A stretch of 64,000 bases of DNA. It comes from Stylophora pistillata. Taxonomy: Eukaryota. Where the stretch lies: positions 243,581-307,580 of the forward strand of contig NW_019218160.1 in assembly GCF_002571385.2 (NCBI RefSeq). Reading direction: 5' to 3'. A model generated the notes under the pieces. It had not been told where the DNA came from and made no database searches. It worked only from the letters and a program-made list of their open reading frames with translations. The position numbers and the translations under genes are program-made. Below, in pieces: positions 1-13,500 of this stretch. Numbering within the stretch: the stretch's first letter is position 1; each line of letters opens with the position of its first letter.

Positions 1-152
1 AAAGCTGACGTTTCGAGCGTTAGGCCTTCGTCGAAGGGAGAGCAATTTTAGTTTTTTCATACGATATGACTGCGGTCAAGACTAACTTAATGGAATAATT
101 TGGATATATCAACAAAGTTGAAGTGGTAAATTGGCCACCGTAACGATTACAT
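1..152. repeat. Permuted copy of the 15763-15913 junction (TIR segment plus hammerhead-repeat start)
   Basis: 1-38 matches 15877-15913 and 39-150 matches ~15763-15874. Confidence 0.8.
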
Positions 153-519
153 AGCTAACCGGGAGGCGGTTTCGATGGAAGAAAAGTAGCTAGAGTGCAT
201 GGACACTCATAAATTCCCTCCTAAAGTTCCTTTAAAATCATGAGCTCTGAGTAAGAGTCGGTAAATATAAATTTTTTGTAAAATGCGTGATAGGTCATCT
301 TTAATACAAAGGTTCTCGGTTCCCTTTCTTTTCATCGCTATTTGGTAGTACCCTACTAGACCAAGACTTTCAAAGAGTTTCTATTTCTTACAAGCTCTTA
401 CTTAAGTAAAGTAGGAGTAGAGTTATGATAAATCATCCTGGCATAAAATAAAAGATTACAAGAAATGAAAAATAATAATAATAATTTTAATAATAATAAT
501 CATAATAATAATAGAATTA

Positions 520-830
520 CCATGACTTCGCATAACATCTCTAGATGGTCTCAAGAATTTCTTTAAGACTTCTGTCTTCAGTCTTGGGTCGTCAGCTTTT
601 ACAACAAAGATGGCACCATGCAGTCTTTGTGCAAATGATGGAGACTGATTCAGCTCCTGTGCTCGAGCTCCATCCTCCACAGAACGAAAGACGTTTTCAC
701 CAGGCTGGACTTTCCCGTACAAATTATTCTGAAATTCTACGTACTCGTTAGAAATGAAGTTGAAGAAACCCCTGACGTCTACCAAGCTGAAGAACATCTC
801 CGGCAGGTAGTCCTGGAACGTAATGGTCGT
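520..830 (-). pseudogene. IFI44-like GTPase exon fragment lacking the P-loop
   Basis: TITFQDYLPEMFFSLVDVRGFF..LYGKVQPG..SPSFAQRLHGAIFVVKADDPRL..RDVMRSHG, then donor GTAATT. Homologous to 62340-62480. Upstream sequence is unrelated or repeat-derived. Confidence 0.7.
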
Positions 831-1035
831 GTTTACACTGGTCGCCGATACGAAAGCTTGGCGGTGGTTTTTTTAAGGATGAAAGATGGTAGACTTAAGA
901 TTGTTTCGATGTGAGGGAGGACTGTTGAGTGAGGAGTGTTTTCGAAGAGTAAAATCGAAAAACGCAACGACAAAAACGCATTCGTTACTGGTGTATAGTT
1001 AAATCGTCAAACAGAAGCAAAGATTAAAGGCTAAA

Positions 1036-1070
<35 letters not shown>

Positions 1071-2971
1071 GGCAACAAGGTAGTTTGATTATATCAACTC
1101 AGTTGAAATTGTAAATTGGCCACCGTAACGAATAAATTAATTAGCTTAATTTGTTTCACCTTAACAGCATATGTCTAGGATTTAAACATGCTGGGTAACA
1201 AAAACTAAGCGAAATCAAATTCCACAATGAATTAGTGCACATTCCAAGAGGACAGAAAGGACTCGTTCTTCCTTAGTATATATAATTTCGAAGGACCGAT
1301 GATTTTGATGACGCGTCTTTAAAGTAAATTACAAACCCCATTTCAAAGTTACATGCGTTTATAGTTTAGTGTACACATTGTGGCATTGGTTTCAGAATTG
1401 AAGCGAAAATTGCGCATCCACTAAAATGATCTAGAGTTTTAGAGGGATGTCCAACGTAGCCTTATTTGCATCGGCTACCAAATTACCGTAGATTCGCCAA
1501 GGTGTAACTGACGAAATGCTGAACAATTAAGAATGGAAAGGATGAGAAAATAGTCGAGATAACATATATCTGGTAAACAAGTAAGTCCATACTGAAAGAT
1601 TCGACTAGATTTGTCTCTGTCACATCGGAAATCAAAGTATTCCAGTTCTAATTGACATGAGGACAACGTGACANNNNNNNNNNNNNNNNNNNNNNNNNNN
1701 NNNNNNNNNNNNNNNNNNNNNNNNNNNNNNNNNNNNNNNNNNNNNNNNNNNNNNNNNNNNNNNNNNNNNNNNNNNNNNNNNNNNNNNNNNNNNNNNNNNN
1801 NNNNNNNNNNNNNNNNNNNNNNNNNNNNNNNNNNNNNNATACATTACTGCTTTTTCCATTCTTTGATTTTGTTTAAGTATCTCTGTTAAGTTTAACCGAC
1901 TGCACTCCTTAACTTGGATATTGAGTATCAAAATGCGGACCTTTGGAGCCTGTGGGGGGAGGGGAGCGAACGCACCCCGTGCACCCCCCTGGTTACGGGC
2001 CTGAACTTGGAGAACAGAACAGTTCACCCTTGCGTGACTATTACGTCAATAATCTCTGTGGGTGTAGGCTTTGTGTCTTCTTCTTTCTAAATATTGTTTT
2101 AATTGGAAGCAAACTATCCGAATTTTAAATTACCCTGTTTATTCAATAAATAAAGACCCCTTGACAGTGCTTTGTTCTGTTGAAAGGGACGCAGAGTGGT
2201 GTAGTGTATTGCGTTACTCAGCGTCACATTGCGTTACCACTGTAACGAACTTCCTATCATTCAGTCGTACCGAATCTTCTCTCCTAGATGAAAGTAAAAT
2301 AACTGATTACGATTATTGTAGGGTAAATATAGTATCTTGATTATTGAATAAACTATAGTTAAATTAGTGGAATGAGAGCTTCACCCATGAAGTGATCCCT
2401 ATGGTCCCTACTCGTTGAGTGCTCTTGCTGCTTGGTATGTACTTTGCCACAGAGCACGCCCAGGGCTTCTTTATTTGTTTCGTAATTAAGAATATGTTAA
2501 ATGGAGGTGGCGTTGAACGTGCATCTGCAATGACTATCACGATGTTTTTTGTTAAAAAAAAAAACCGCACAGATATCTAAGTCTCAAGTCTGAAGTCAAG
2601 TCTGAAGTCCCTTTTCGGCTTTCATAGTTTTCTGGGGTAATTCAAATTTTTTTTAAAGAGATAAAGAAACGTGAAAACGTTATTTGTCATCAAAAGATGA
2701 GACGAGACCGCGTATGCTTAATTGAAACAGACAGAAGTCGGGTCCATACAGATGATAAAGGCACTTGTGTTCGTGTTCAATTGTAAGAGTTTTGAGCTCC
2801 GATATATTCTTTGTTTCCTTAAAATTAAAAATAGTTAAATAATCATTTTATCACACTTGGCTAAGGTAAATACTGTAAAGAATTTAAAGGAAATATTCCT
2901 CATCAAACCTACAACAGTTAAGAAATATTGCGTTTCCATTATGTTGTTTAAGTCCTCTCTTCATTCCAACA

Positions 2972-4784
2972 GCTTACTATTGATAAATGTGATGATGGAA
3001 AATTAGCATCAGTCGCCGGTACCATTATTGAATATGTTTTAATTTAATGAAATTTTCATCTGTTTTTTTTTTTGTTTTTCGTTTTAAGACGGTGACGAAA
3101 CTCTTTCAGCCGATGAGGCTTTGAAAATCCGTTTAACACAGCAGCGAGACGACCCAAATATTTCACCACAGTTAAAGGAGAGTCTTCATCTGGAAAGAAC
3201 ATGTCCTTATTCGCCAGATTTTGATTGTAAGAGTGGTGATATGTTGCTTAAACTGGGTAAAACTACCGGTGGGTGCATCTTATACTTGCATGGTGGTTTT
3301 TTTTATCATATTTTTAACTTAAAATAAACCAACCAAAATTTATCTGTTTTATCCAAACTCAATAAGAATAAATGATGTCGAAAGGATCGAGGCTATAGTG
3401 GTGTAACTTGTTTAGTACCGTGTTGGGATACTGTGTAAACCCCACTAATGTGCTGAAATTCTCCGAACAATACTTTCCAAACACCTTATGCAGTGAATTC
3501 GTTTCTTTGAATTACCATTGATTGATAACTGATCTTTTCCTTTTGAATATTCTTAGCAGCCACCGAAGTTACCCTTCCTGATAATGTTGAGCAATCCCTC
3601 TTGTAAGAGTCGTTGGATGCCAAACAGGTTGTTCTTCGACTAATGGAGAACCTGCGACCGGACAAAGACGTTCTTGAAAGGCCAGACCCTGATACCAAGA
3701 AAATAGTCCGTAGTCTGGCACAGAAAGCAAAAGATTTAAAGAGACTTGATGTCTTCCAACATCTAAGAAAGATTGCACCGGCTGGAACTACTGGTTAGTC
3801 ACGTATTCTTGCGAAACCTGATCTCGCCATGAAACTGTGCTATACTTGAGGGTACTGCAGAAATCAAATCAAAATCACGAAGAAAACATAAACCTTTGGA
3901 AACTCTTTCTTTGAAAACTAGCTACGAGGCGGGTATTTCACCTCAAGAAATGAACATTAATCTTGTAGAATAGACAAACCCTAAAAAAATTCTTATTTTG
4001 ACAGTCAACTTTGAAGTAGTTTTTTGACCTGGATAATTAATATTTCCGTCGATTCTTTCATCATGCATTGTTAGGCTACCGAACTTATAGATACCTAAAG
4101 CAAAGAGAGTCGAGGGTTGTTCTTTACACTCAAAGCATTATTTTTTCCCAGCTACTTATTTTCCTGCGTGGGGCGGTAATTTGTTTTTCTCTCTGTTCAG
4201 GCCCTTTGTTGCCTGAAAATCTACCTGTCCAAAACATGCCAATCACCAAAGCGAGGGAACTTACAATTGATTTAACTGGTAAGCATTGCTTCTCTTTTAA
4301 CAAATAATGTAGGATGGAAACTTCGCAAGTACTATTATTTCTTTTCCTTATGCTCATTCTAGTTTGAAATGTCAGTTTCTTCGATTCACGTCCAAGTTGA
4401 CACTCCTATTTGGTTGACACATTGTTTTATTTTATGAAATTTCTAATCGGAACTATATATCCAGAGTTAGATCCAGTCAGGAGTAAGTCCCTTCAGGCGG
4501 AAGAAGATGCATGTGCACTAATATTTGAGACATTGCTGATCAGAACAATAAAATCAAGCAAACGAACAAATAAATGAACCTTTGATTCAGTTGGCGATGA
4601 ATGGATGGAGCTTGCTTAAGGACTGGGACTGACACCACAAGAGATTCGCTTTCTTGACAAGCGTACATTGAACCCAATGGAAGCAGCTCTGTCTTTTATT
4701 GCTAAGCAGCGCCACTTAAGCGTGGGTGAGCTGTACGAACTGTCGAGTGAACATGGGTTTCCTAGGTTGGCTGATCGTCTTTAG
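2972..4784 (+). pseudogene. 3' remnant of a ROCO-death-domain paralog
   Basis: Exons ~2972-3018, ~3090-3268, 3557-3794, 4201-4278 and 4591-4784 parallel exons at 31728-34483 (4201-4278 parallels 50693-50616). In-frame TAA at 3604 and 4617 (TCA and GAA in the paralog). No ROC/COR exon upstream. Confidence 0.85.
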
Positions 4785-6355
4785 GAAGCTGACTACGTGC
4801 AAATACCTGTCAGACCTTGAGATCACCTTTTGAAAGAATGTGATGAACCTGACAGGGATCCAATGAAATACAGGATATCCTTTTCAAAATATTATACTTT
4901 AAGGGAGTTTTTCTAGTCCATTAAATGTATTGACTGTTAGACATAGGAGTGTGAACCATTTGCGCAGTCCCTCTCGGTTTTCGAAAGCTGATGTATGGTA
5001 TTATCACGTTTATTGCAACGAAAATTTTCAGTAAAGTACATGTTTGACAATGTGATCCAGCAAGTTATAGGAGTAAAATATTTTTAAATAGCTTGTATTT
5101 TACGGTTTACTTTTTTGACAAACACGATCATTTTGGGTAGAATGGTCGGTTAGATCAGAGATAACAAATTTTGATTGATTTTTTTCATTCATAGTAAATC
5201 GCAAAAGAAAAGGTCGAGACGAATCTTTATTTAGACTGCACGTGCGTTTTGAGTCCTTGTAACGGAGCAAGAAAAACGCAATTAATTGGAAACTGTGAAA
5301 TTTGATGCAAGATCGACGGTTAATTGAGCTTGTAAAGAGTAAGTTTCGAGGCTATCGTTTCCTTATTTACAGCGTCCTGTGGAGAATGTATTAAGTACCT
5401 ATTAGACAGTGAGTTGAGGTTTCGTTGTGTTTAAGTTTGAAATAGAAGGTAAAGTTTCGTTAAATGCATGTTTTTAAGAATGCTATCCTAATATATCAAG
5501 GGCGTAATGAGCACGAGGTAAAAAATAACTGCACTATTGAGGCTTCCAAATATTTCGGTACTTCTCTTAGAATGTTAAAGATATAAACTAATGTTAATCG
5601 AAAGCGACGTAAGCGTATATTTTGTGCAATAAAACCACTTAAATAAAATGAAGTGGGAAATTTTTAAAGAGAAATGCTTTTCTCTTACAAATGAAGCTAA
5701 TACACTCGACTTTTAAGTAAGGTTTTTCGCTTAAAGGTTTACTTGCAGTATTCAGAGTTTTCAAACATTGAGCCTCGATCACCCGTTTCGTAGTCAAATC
5801 TTAGATGGCTTTGCATTTTTGAATGTCTTGAAAGTTTCGTTTAATGGAATACCTAGTTCTACCTCAATAGTTCCACTCCACTTCAAAAATCATGTTTAGC
5901 TAAAGTCGTACCTTTGATCTTAGCGCCTAACGGTCAAAAGCAAATTGAGGCTTGATAATTCTTTCCACGAAAGTAATAATTCGTTTCTCGCCTCTGTGAA
6001 GAACATTTTAAAGTACATTATACTCTATCTTAAATGAAGAAGACTTTTCGATATAGTTTGTCGCAATAAACCATTTTGGAGTGTTTTGTTGCATTATGCT
6101 CTTGACTTGTTCGGTGTGATCGCTCTTATTCTTCTTGTAAATAATTCTGCGAACTACGTATGTACGTAATGCGTCGATCAATTCGAAGCTTCAACATCCA
6201 CCCCCGGGCAACCCCCCGGACATTTGAAATTTTGAAGATTGGTTCGTTCAAAATTCTTTTCCCTGAAACCGAAATCGTGTTCAAATGCCCCGTCTAAAAG
6301 GCTAGAATTGATGATCGATATTTTTTAAAAGGCAAGATCAGCGACCATGACTTTC

Positions 6356-6396
6356 CAACCTCGGTCCCTGGGCCTTTTCCCTTAGGAACGAGGTTG
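6356..6396. mobile_element. 41-bp micro-MITE
   Basis: CAACCTCG...CGAGGTTG ends flanked by the perfect direct repeat CATGACTTTC (6346-6355 and 6397-6406). Confidence 0.75.
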
Positions 6397-6766
6397 CATG
6401 ACTTTCTTGAAGACCTTCTCTTCTGAGCAATCTGCTTGCGAAAAAGAACTTTTACCTTAAAAACACCACTGTATTAAAATATCATAAATATGCGTTCCGC
6501 TGGTTTAAAAGTTTTAATTCCACATCCCACGCGAACGGACAACGGGGAAATGCTGTGGGCTCCCGATGAGAACGTGCACCCCCCGTCCTCCTTCGGTCCT
6601 GAGAAGGAAGAGCCACCTCTCAGTTGAAATGGATGAGAGCCTCGAAAACAACCTTGCATCGCCTTTTCTATCACTTTATTACCTTAAGTGGTGACTGGAA
6701 TGAAAGTGAAGCCCATCTTGTTTCTACTCAACCTCACGGACGTGAATAATTCGATAACAGAGAATT

Positions 6767-7069
6767 AATCAAACAACAAATATATATGAAATACATATAT
6801 ATGAACTGCGGTTATGAAACGTATATGTGCACGATCCTTCGCAGTAAAGCACTATTTAAGCAATAGTGAAAATCAGACCTGAAAAAAATTCAGGCCTGTA
6901 CGGGATTCGAACCACTGACCTCTGCGATACTAGTGCAGCGCTCTACCAATTGAGCTAACAAGCCAACTGGGAGCAGGCCATCAAATTAATTCGACATAAA
7001 CCCGTAGATGATAAATCAAACAAGAAATATATATGAAATACATATATATGAACTGCGGTTATGAAACGC
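6767..7069 (-). mobile_element. tRNA-related repeat with ~55-bp terminal direct repeats
   Basis: tRNA-like segment at 6892-6964 (minus) with an aberrant anticodon loop; direct repeats 6767-6821 and 7014-7068; AGAATTAAT duplicated at 6761 and 7070. Confidence 0.75.
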
Positions 7070-8614
7070 AGAATTAATGTTTGGGGAATTAGGATTTGTT
7101 GGATTCATTTTTTAAGATCTACACGCATCGTTGCAATTGCGGTCGGCACGTTGCTTAGGTCGTGTGTGATAAAAGAATAGCTTTTACAATGATCATGTGA
7201 TAAAAATTATTAGAAAACATCATTAATCCAACTTATTCCACTTCATTGCGTCTAACTACTGTATTCGTCTGTTTCAAGCGAATTCCAAAATTTATCTCTC
7301 CGCTTACTTCATTATGAGGATGAGCACTGTGCAAGAGCTAAATGGTCAATGTTGGGTAAGTTTTGAGTTGATACGCTCAGTCAAATCTTAGTGAATAAGC
7401 ATTAATTGACGCTACACAATGTATGGTATTTATTCTTTACCCCACTAATCCCTTGAGATAGAGGAGATTACTGTTTACTCCTCTGGTTGCCATCAGTTTG
7501 CTTGCTCTGTAGCAATTTGATATATGGTAGTTAGGTGGATGAAATGGATGGTATTTTTTTTTCAAATACTTTAGTTTTTTGTTCTTCATTTCCCGTCGAA
7601 ATATGACTGAACAGCGTCATGAGAGCTTCGTCTTGTGGACTGATCCATATCCCTGTAAAAATCCTTAATTGTATCTATATATTGTGCCGGTAATTCTCAG
7701 ATTGGAGAAAAACTCGACGAAGGCAAAAGTGTTTGTCGTGTTTGAATGCGATGTGGGAGAGAAGTATGCGATAAATTGATCAAGAGAATGTTGTCGTGTT
7801 TATTACAGATAGCGGGAATTATTTGCCAATTCTGGCATACCTTATCAAACATTCGGTACATAATAGAGTGCAAAGGACTCCAAAATATTTGGGTAATCGA
7901 ACGCAATGAAATATCATTTCCAAACCTTCGATTGGACTCGTTCGTTAATGCATCTAAAACCAGGCCATATTTTTTCTTTCTAGCTCTCTGAACCGTTTTT
8001 CGTGGCCTAAAGAGTTTTCAAAACCTACTCCAAGAATTTGAATTACAATTGGGCACTAATTTGTGACTAGTGAAGCAAACAAAGAGAATAATGAAATATT
8101 TGCATGAAAACACTCAAGTGACGCTAAAGGAACGACGTGTTAAAAAGCACAGTGGCCTAGCCACGATTCCTAAGTAAAATGAATAACCCCATCAAACATT
8201 AATACATGAAAGAACCATGTGTCCTACAGCATCATGGTTGAACAAATGCGGAAAGTTCTTTAATATGAACCTTGAGAGATGTCTGCGTTTGCATTCTTCC
8301 GTTCTAATTTGGCTTGTGAATAATTTGCATAAAACTGAAAATATTGCTCACACCAAGAATTATTGAAATATCTCTCTAGGATCTTATTTAATGTTGACTG
8401 TTTGTTAATTTTTCATTGCCAAATTGGCTTTCAGTGAATTTCCTGTACACGTGGACTTAATAGAAAGATTTCCGTATAACCCCATACCAATAAAAAACAA
8501 AGCCGAAGTCCCGAAGGTAATCTGTTGTTTCGCCTCTGTGTTCTGTTATCCAAGAGTTATATGCATCGTGAGGTATGTGCTCGAAGGCTTACCCGCGGTC
8601 GAGCCTAGCCCAAC

Positions 8615-9271
8615 GCAAGAGGCCGATAAGGGCGGCTCAGTCGTTGTTTGGCGCACCGACCTCTACCAAAAAGAAGCTTTGCGGCAACTTTCTGACACCT
8701 CTTTTTATCAAAAGGTCGACAAAGACCTCACTGCCAGCAATCAAAACTCCGTCAAGAATACGATCAACCAACTCATAACTAAACAAGAATTGCCGGCCAC
8801 AGCAAAAAATCTCATCATAACCACTCCTAGAACTTCTCGTATTTACTTTTTACCTAAAATTCACAAACCTAACAACCCGGGTCGGCCCATTGTCTCGGCT
8901 TGCAGTTGCCCTACCGAACTTATCTCCAGCTATCTAGACAAAATTATGGCTCCCATCGTCAAAACTTTACCATCATATATTAAAGACAGCCAACACGCTC
9001 TTCAAATTTTTCGAGACTTTAATTTCCTTGGCCAAAACAAACTTCTTTTCACCATGGATATTACGTCTCTTTACACTGTCATTCCTAATGGCGAAGGCCT
9101 TCTGGCCCTTAAACATTTTTTTGATCAACGTACTGTTAAGGAACCTAAATCTGAAACACTACTACGCTTAGCCGAACTAGTGCTCACACTCAATTGTTTT
9201 TCATTCGGAAACAACTTCTTCAAACAAACCAATGGTGTAGCCATGGGCACCAAAATGGGACCTAGCTATGC
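8615..9271 (+). mobile_element. Penelope-like element reverse transcriptase fragment
   Basis: ADKGGSVVVW, YFLPKIHK..PGRPIVS, FTMDITSLYTVIP, GVAMGTKMGPSY motifs; truncated at the N at 9272. Confidence 0.92.
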
Positions 9272-10586
9272 NTTAGTGCGCCACTTGTGCTTGTACTGTT
9301 AGCAAGGCTTTACTGCTTACTATTTGGTTTTCGTCCCTCGTTATGTATGCCAAATTATTCATATCAGGACCCTACGTATGTAGCCTTAGCCCTCTTTCTC
9401 TGTCACGCAGCACTACGCAACGCTAGAATATTGTACAGGAAAGGAATTTTGTCTGATAGCAGTAAATCATTATGCACGATGACGAGGGCTGAGTGAGTTT
9501 TCGAGGAAGGCGGAGGAGTTAAGAGGGGCCGGCAGGGTCTCATGCTCCTTAGACACAGAATGAAGCTTTCACTTTTTCAAACTAATGAAGAAAACGTTTG
9601 AAAACAACATTTCTGCATGGGATTATTACTCTTTAGCGATCGCATTTGTTTTCTCCTCTCAATTTATGCAATGTTTTATAAATGCAGTGTACATGAAAGC
9701 TGGATTTTCGCACTCGAAGTATTTCGGTACCATGAATAAACGTGAAATTATCATGGTTAAAGCAGCAAAACTATTGATGCGTTTCGATAAAGGATTCTCT
9801 CCCAATGTGTATGACATATTATTATCCAACTACACTCCGTAGAGTATAAATGTCACGCGGTATTTGTGCTCCAGAGAACCAGTAGACAGGTTTCTCGCAT
9901 CGCGCAAGCGAAGAATTAGATTGAAAAAAAATGGACAATTTGGATCATATTTCTGACGACGAAGAGTCAGAATGGCTGGCAAATGAAGTTTATGGGATGA
10001 ATCGAAGGAAAAAAAAACAGCCAGACGATCAAGAAATTTCTTCATTTATTGAAGAAAATAGAAACAACAAGACATGGTTTATTTGAACTGTAGAATTACC
10101 TTAGTTATAAATTAAAATTATGTAAACAGTTATTTTTCTCCTTTTAAATCGGTGCAGAAAATTATTCCCAGCAGATACAGTGAGACGACAAAACCACGCA
10201 CAGACCAGTATCTATGAGCAATTCACACGAAGGTCACTCTGCGAGCTCTCAGCCAAGGAAAATACTAGAATTTACTTGAAATTCTTGATATTTCACTCGG
10301 CTGGTGCACGCCGTACCAATTTTTGTAAACTTCTGTCTTTAATATGAACCCTTAATATGAAGAAGGGGGAGCTTTTTCGAAAGCCAGTCGCAGTGTATTT
10401 TTAATGCATGATGACGTCGTGTTGGTTCTTACGACTCCGTTTCAAATGTGTTCTAAAAAAAGGATTTTCAATTGCTTTCCATTTCAGCCAAGATTTCCCC
10501 GGTAAGTCAAAGAGATACTTTATTTATTTATGTATTTCATCCACCAGGTGTACCGCTTGATTTTTTGATAACCAAGTCAGTTGCAA

Positions 10587-13500
10587 ATGGCCTCAAGGCT
10601 TCGCGGTTTGATTAAGTTTCCCTGGCGAGCAAAGAAAACGAAAGAGTCGGAGGAAGTTCTTTATGAAGAGGTAGGTAATCTTCTGTTCACATTGAGCACA
10701 TTTTGCCTCTTTGTCACGTGTTTAAATTAATTTGTTCTGTAAAATGGAATGAGTTATCAGCTCTCTTGGTATATTTGATGATTACCTATATATTTAAGAG
10801 CTTAATTCCCATTTAAAATTTTAACGTTGATTTTAATTACACTATATAAATTTTCCCACCCAGAATTTCAATATTTTGATATGCCTTTCTCGTTTCTGGG
10901 TCCTCCCTCTCCTCCTTGTCTCCTAAACACAAAATATGAAGTTAATCACCACTTAAAATAACAGTGCCGTAATTATACTTAGCGAATTTCAGACTGTAAG
11001 CTTGTGATTGTTATCAACTGAGAATCATATCTGGACAAAATATACTTTACATCTATCTGCAGAGAATTAAGCACACACGGTGTACCACTATTTAGAACTT
11101 CAATTTATTCGTCTGCAATAAAATAGTTTGAAAAGATTCATATGACAAATAACTGAAATTTGTGTTGAATATGGAAAAGGTAAGCATAGCTTTCAGTTCG
11201 AAGCGAAGGTCAACAAGGAAAACTTACATACCTGTATATCTCGCTGGAAGTCTTTGTTTAGCAGGGTTTGGCAAGCCGTCCTCGCGGGTTATTTTTGCCG
11301 GCTAACTTTCTTTAATACTTAACTTTCCGGTAGCTTGTGGAGGTTTACATATTTTTCTTTTTGAATTTTGGTATGTATTTTGACATTCAACCACACAACA
11401 GTTCACCTCATCTCAATTATTAGGAGTATAAGAAACTGATTTTAGAGAGGTCAAACAGGTCAACAAGGACAAACAATTTTCCTTGGATATTTGAGAGTCA
11501 ATTTTCAGCGTTTCGCTGGAGGCTCCAAAAACTTACGCACTCGTTCAAATAGCATAGATCGGACATGTGGTATCATTTTACATCTCTTCTGTTGATTAAT
11601 AGCAAAATATATAAATTCTGACCAAATAATTAAGAATTACGCTGTTTTGAAAATACCACACAAACAGCACTTTCCAAATTTGAGTGAGTGTGCTGTTCAA
11701 TTCCAAAACGCTTTTCTCAAAAGTGTAACGGGATCTGGAGTCCTCACCACTATCCATGTTTAGTACTAGGGCTGGTGTCCCGAAAACAACAAAAAAAGTT
11801 TTGGTAATTAGTCTTTTCGAGCTACGGGAGCTCGATGAACTTTACTAATTTTCTACGGTCAAAGTGCATATGACTTAATCTATGCAGATTTGTGTTACTC
11901 CATTTCTTGCTCAAAATCAATGTTTGAGGCAGTGGCTACTTTCAAAACTAGCATGGTTGTTTTTTTTTTTAAGTTGCGGATGTTCATAAATTCATCCAAA
12001 CTTTCCCCAAATCTAGCAATTACAAAAGTACAAATGAACATCTGTGTGACATTACGTTTAACTGTCTCATGGGGGCTAGAACATGTTGACAAAATGCCAT
12101 TAAGTTAGTTTTGACCGCTGTCATATGGTATGAAAAAACTAAAATTGCTGTCACCTAAAGACGTAGAAACGCTCATTCCAAATATGGCATTATGAAGAGA
12201 ACTTTATGTCTTACCAGAGCTTGAGAACATCTCCCCGAGAATGATCGAGAATCAGTCATGTGTCATGCTCTTTACTTTGAAAATGTCACGGATTCACATT
12301 TAACTACATCGCACGCAGTTACTTTAAAGTTGCCGAAAGAAATGGTTAATGTCAGGAGAGATACTTATTCTTTTTATTTCAGTTTACTCTAAAATTTGCC
12401 TTATCATGAAACAGAAAATGCAGTTTTATGGAAAACATATTAGCAACGCCGATTTCAGACAGAAATCTCGTCGGAATGTCCTTGTTTTTAGGTGATACAG
12501 TTAAATACAGTACAAGTATCATTCATTTCTATTGCCGCCTTATCATTTAGGGTAGCTCGATTAGCCGGGGCACCCTTCCTCCATGTAAACAGGCCCTTAG
12601 AGGTACAACTGCCTGCGTTTGCTCAATGAACGAAACTGAAAAACACTTGAAGTACAAAAGATAGACGGATTTAGTCAGAATATCACAACTTCAAGATTGA
12701 GGGGGAAGGAATGCAAATGTGGAGAGCTTATGGCATCAGGCAGGGAAGGCTGATTCCTTACCAAGATTAAGTCGTCAGGCCTCGTCAGTAAATGAAAAAT
12801 TATTTCCGCTCAAGGAGGTTCGGCTCCATAAGACGACACAAAGTAGTGTACCCCCTTTGGACAAGCACGTGTTCAAAGGGATTAACTGCACAACACACCT
12901 TCTAGTACTAGGCACGAGCAGTTTCGTGTTTCATTTCGCGTGAGTTTTCACTTTCAGCGTTCACCAGAGATTGTGTACTGTTTCGTTTTTCTTTTCAATG
13001 GGTCGTCAAAGTAGGTGTTCAGGTTGCAAAGAGTTAAAGTCTGCTCATGACTTCGGTCGTCCTGGAAAGTACTGTACCGGTCCAGGGGCCTGTTTCTCGA
13101 AGGTCCCGGTAACTTAACGGACCCGNNNNNNNNNNNNNNNNNNNNNNNNNNNNNNNNNNNNNNNNNNNNNNNNNNNNNNNNNNNNNNNNNNNNNNNNNNN
13201 NNNNNNNNNNNNNNNNNNNNNNNNNNNNNNNNNNNNNNNNNNNNNNNNNNNNNNNNNNNNNNNNNNNNNNNNNNNNNNNNNNNNNNNNNNNNNNNNNNNN
13301 NNNNNNNNNNNNNNNNNNNNNNNNNNNNNNNNNNNNNNNNNNNNNNNNNNNNNNNNNNNNNNNNNNNNNNNNNNNNNNNNNNNNNNNNNNNNNNNNNNNN
13401 NNNNNNNNNNNNNNNNNNNNNNNNNNNNNNNNNNNNNNNNNNNNNNNNNNNNNNNNNNNNNNNNNNNNNNNNNNNNNNNNNNNNNNNNNNNNNNNNNNNN

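Noticed and set aside
6892-6964. Functional tRNA gene
   Set aside because: Enlarged, irregular anticodon loop and embedding in a repeat with terminal direct repeats and a TSD.
8424-8612. N-terminal part of the 292-aa ORF as RT coding sequence
   Set aside because: RT motifs begin only at ADKG; the upstream part looks like chance open flank.
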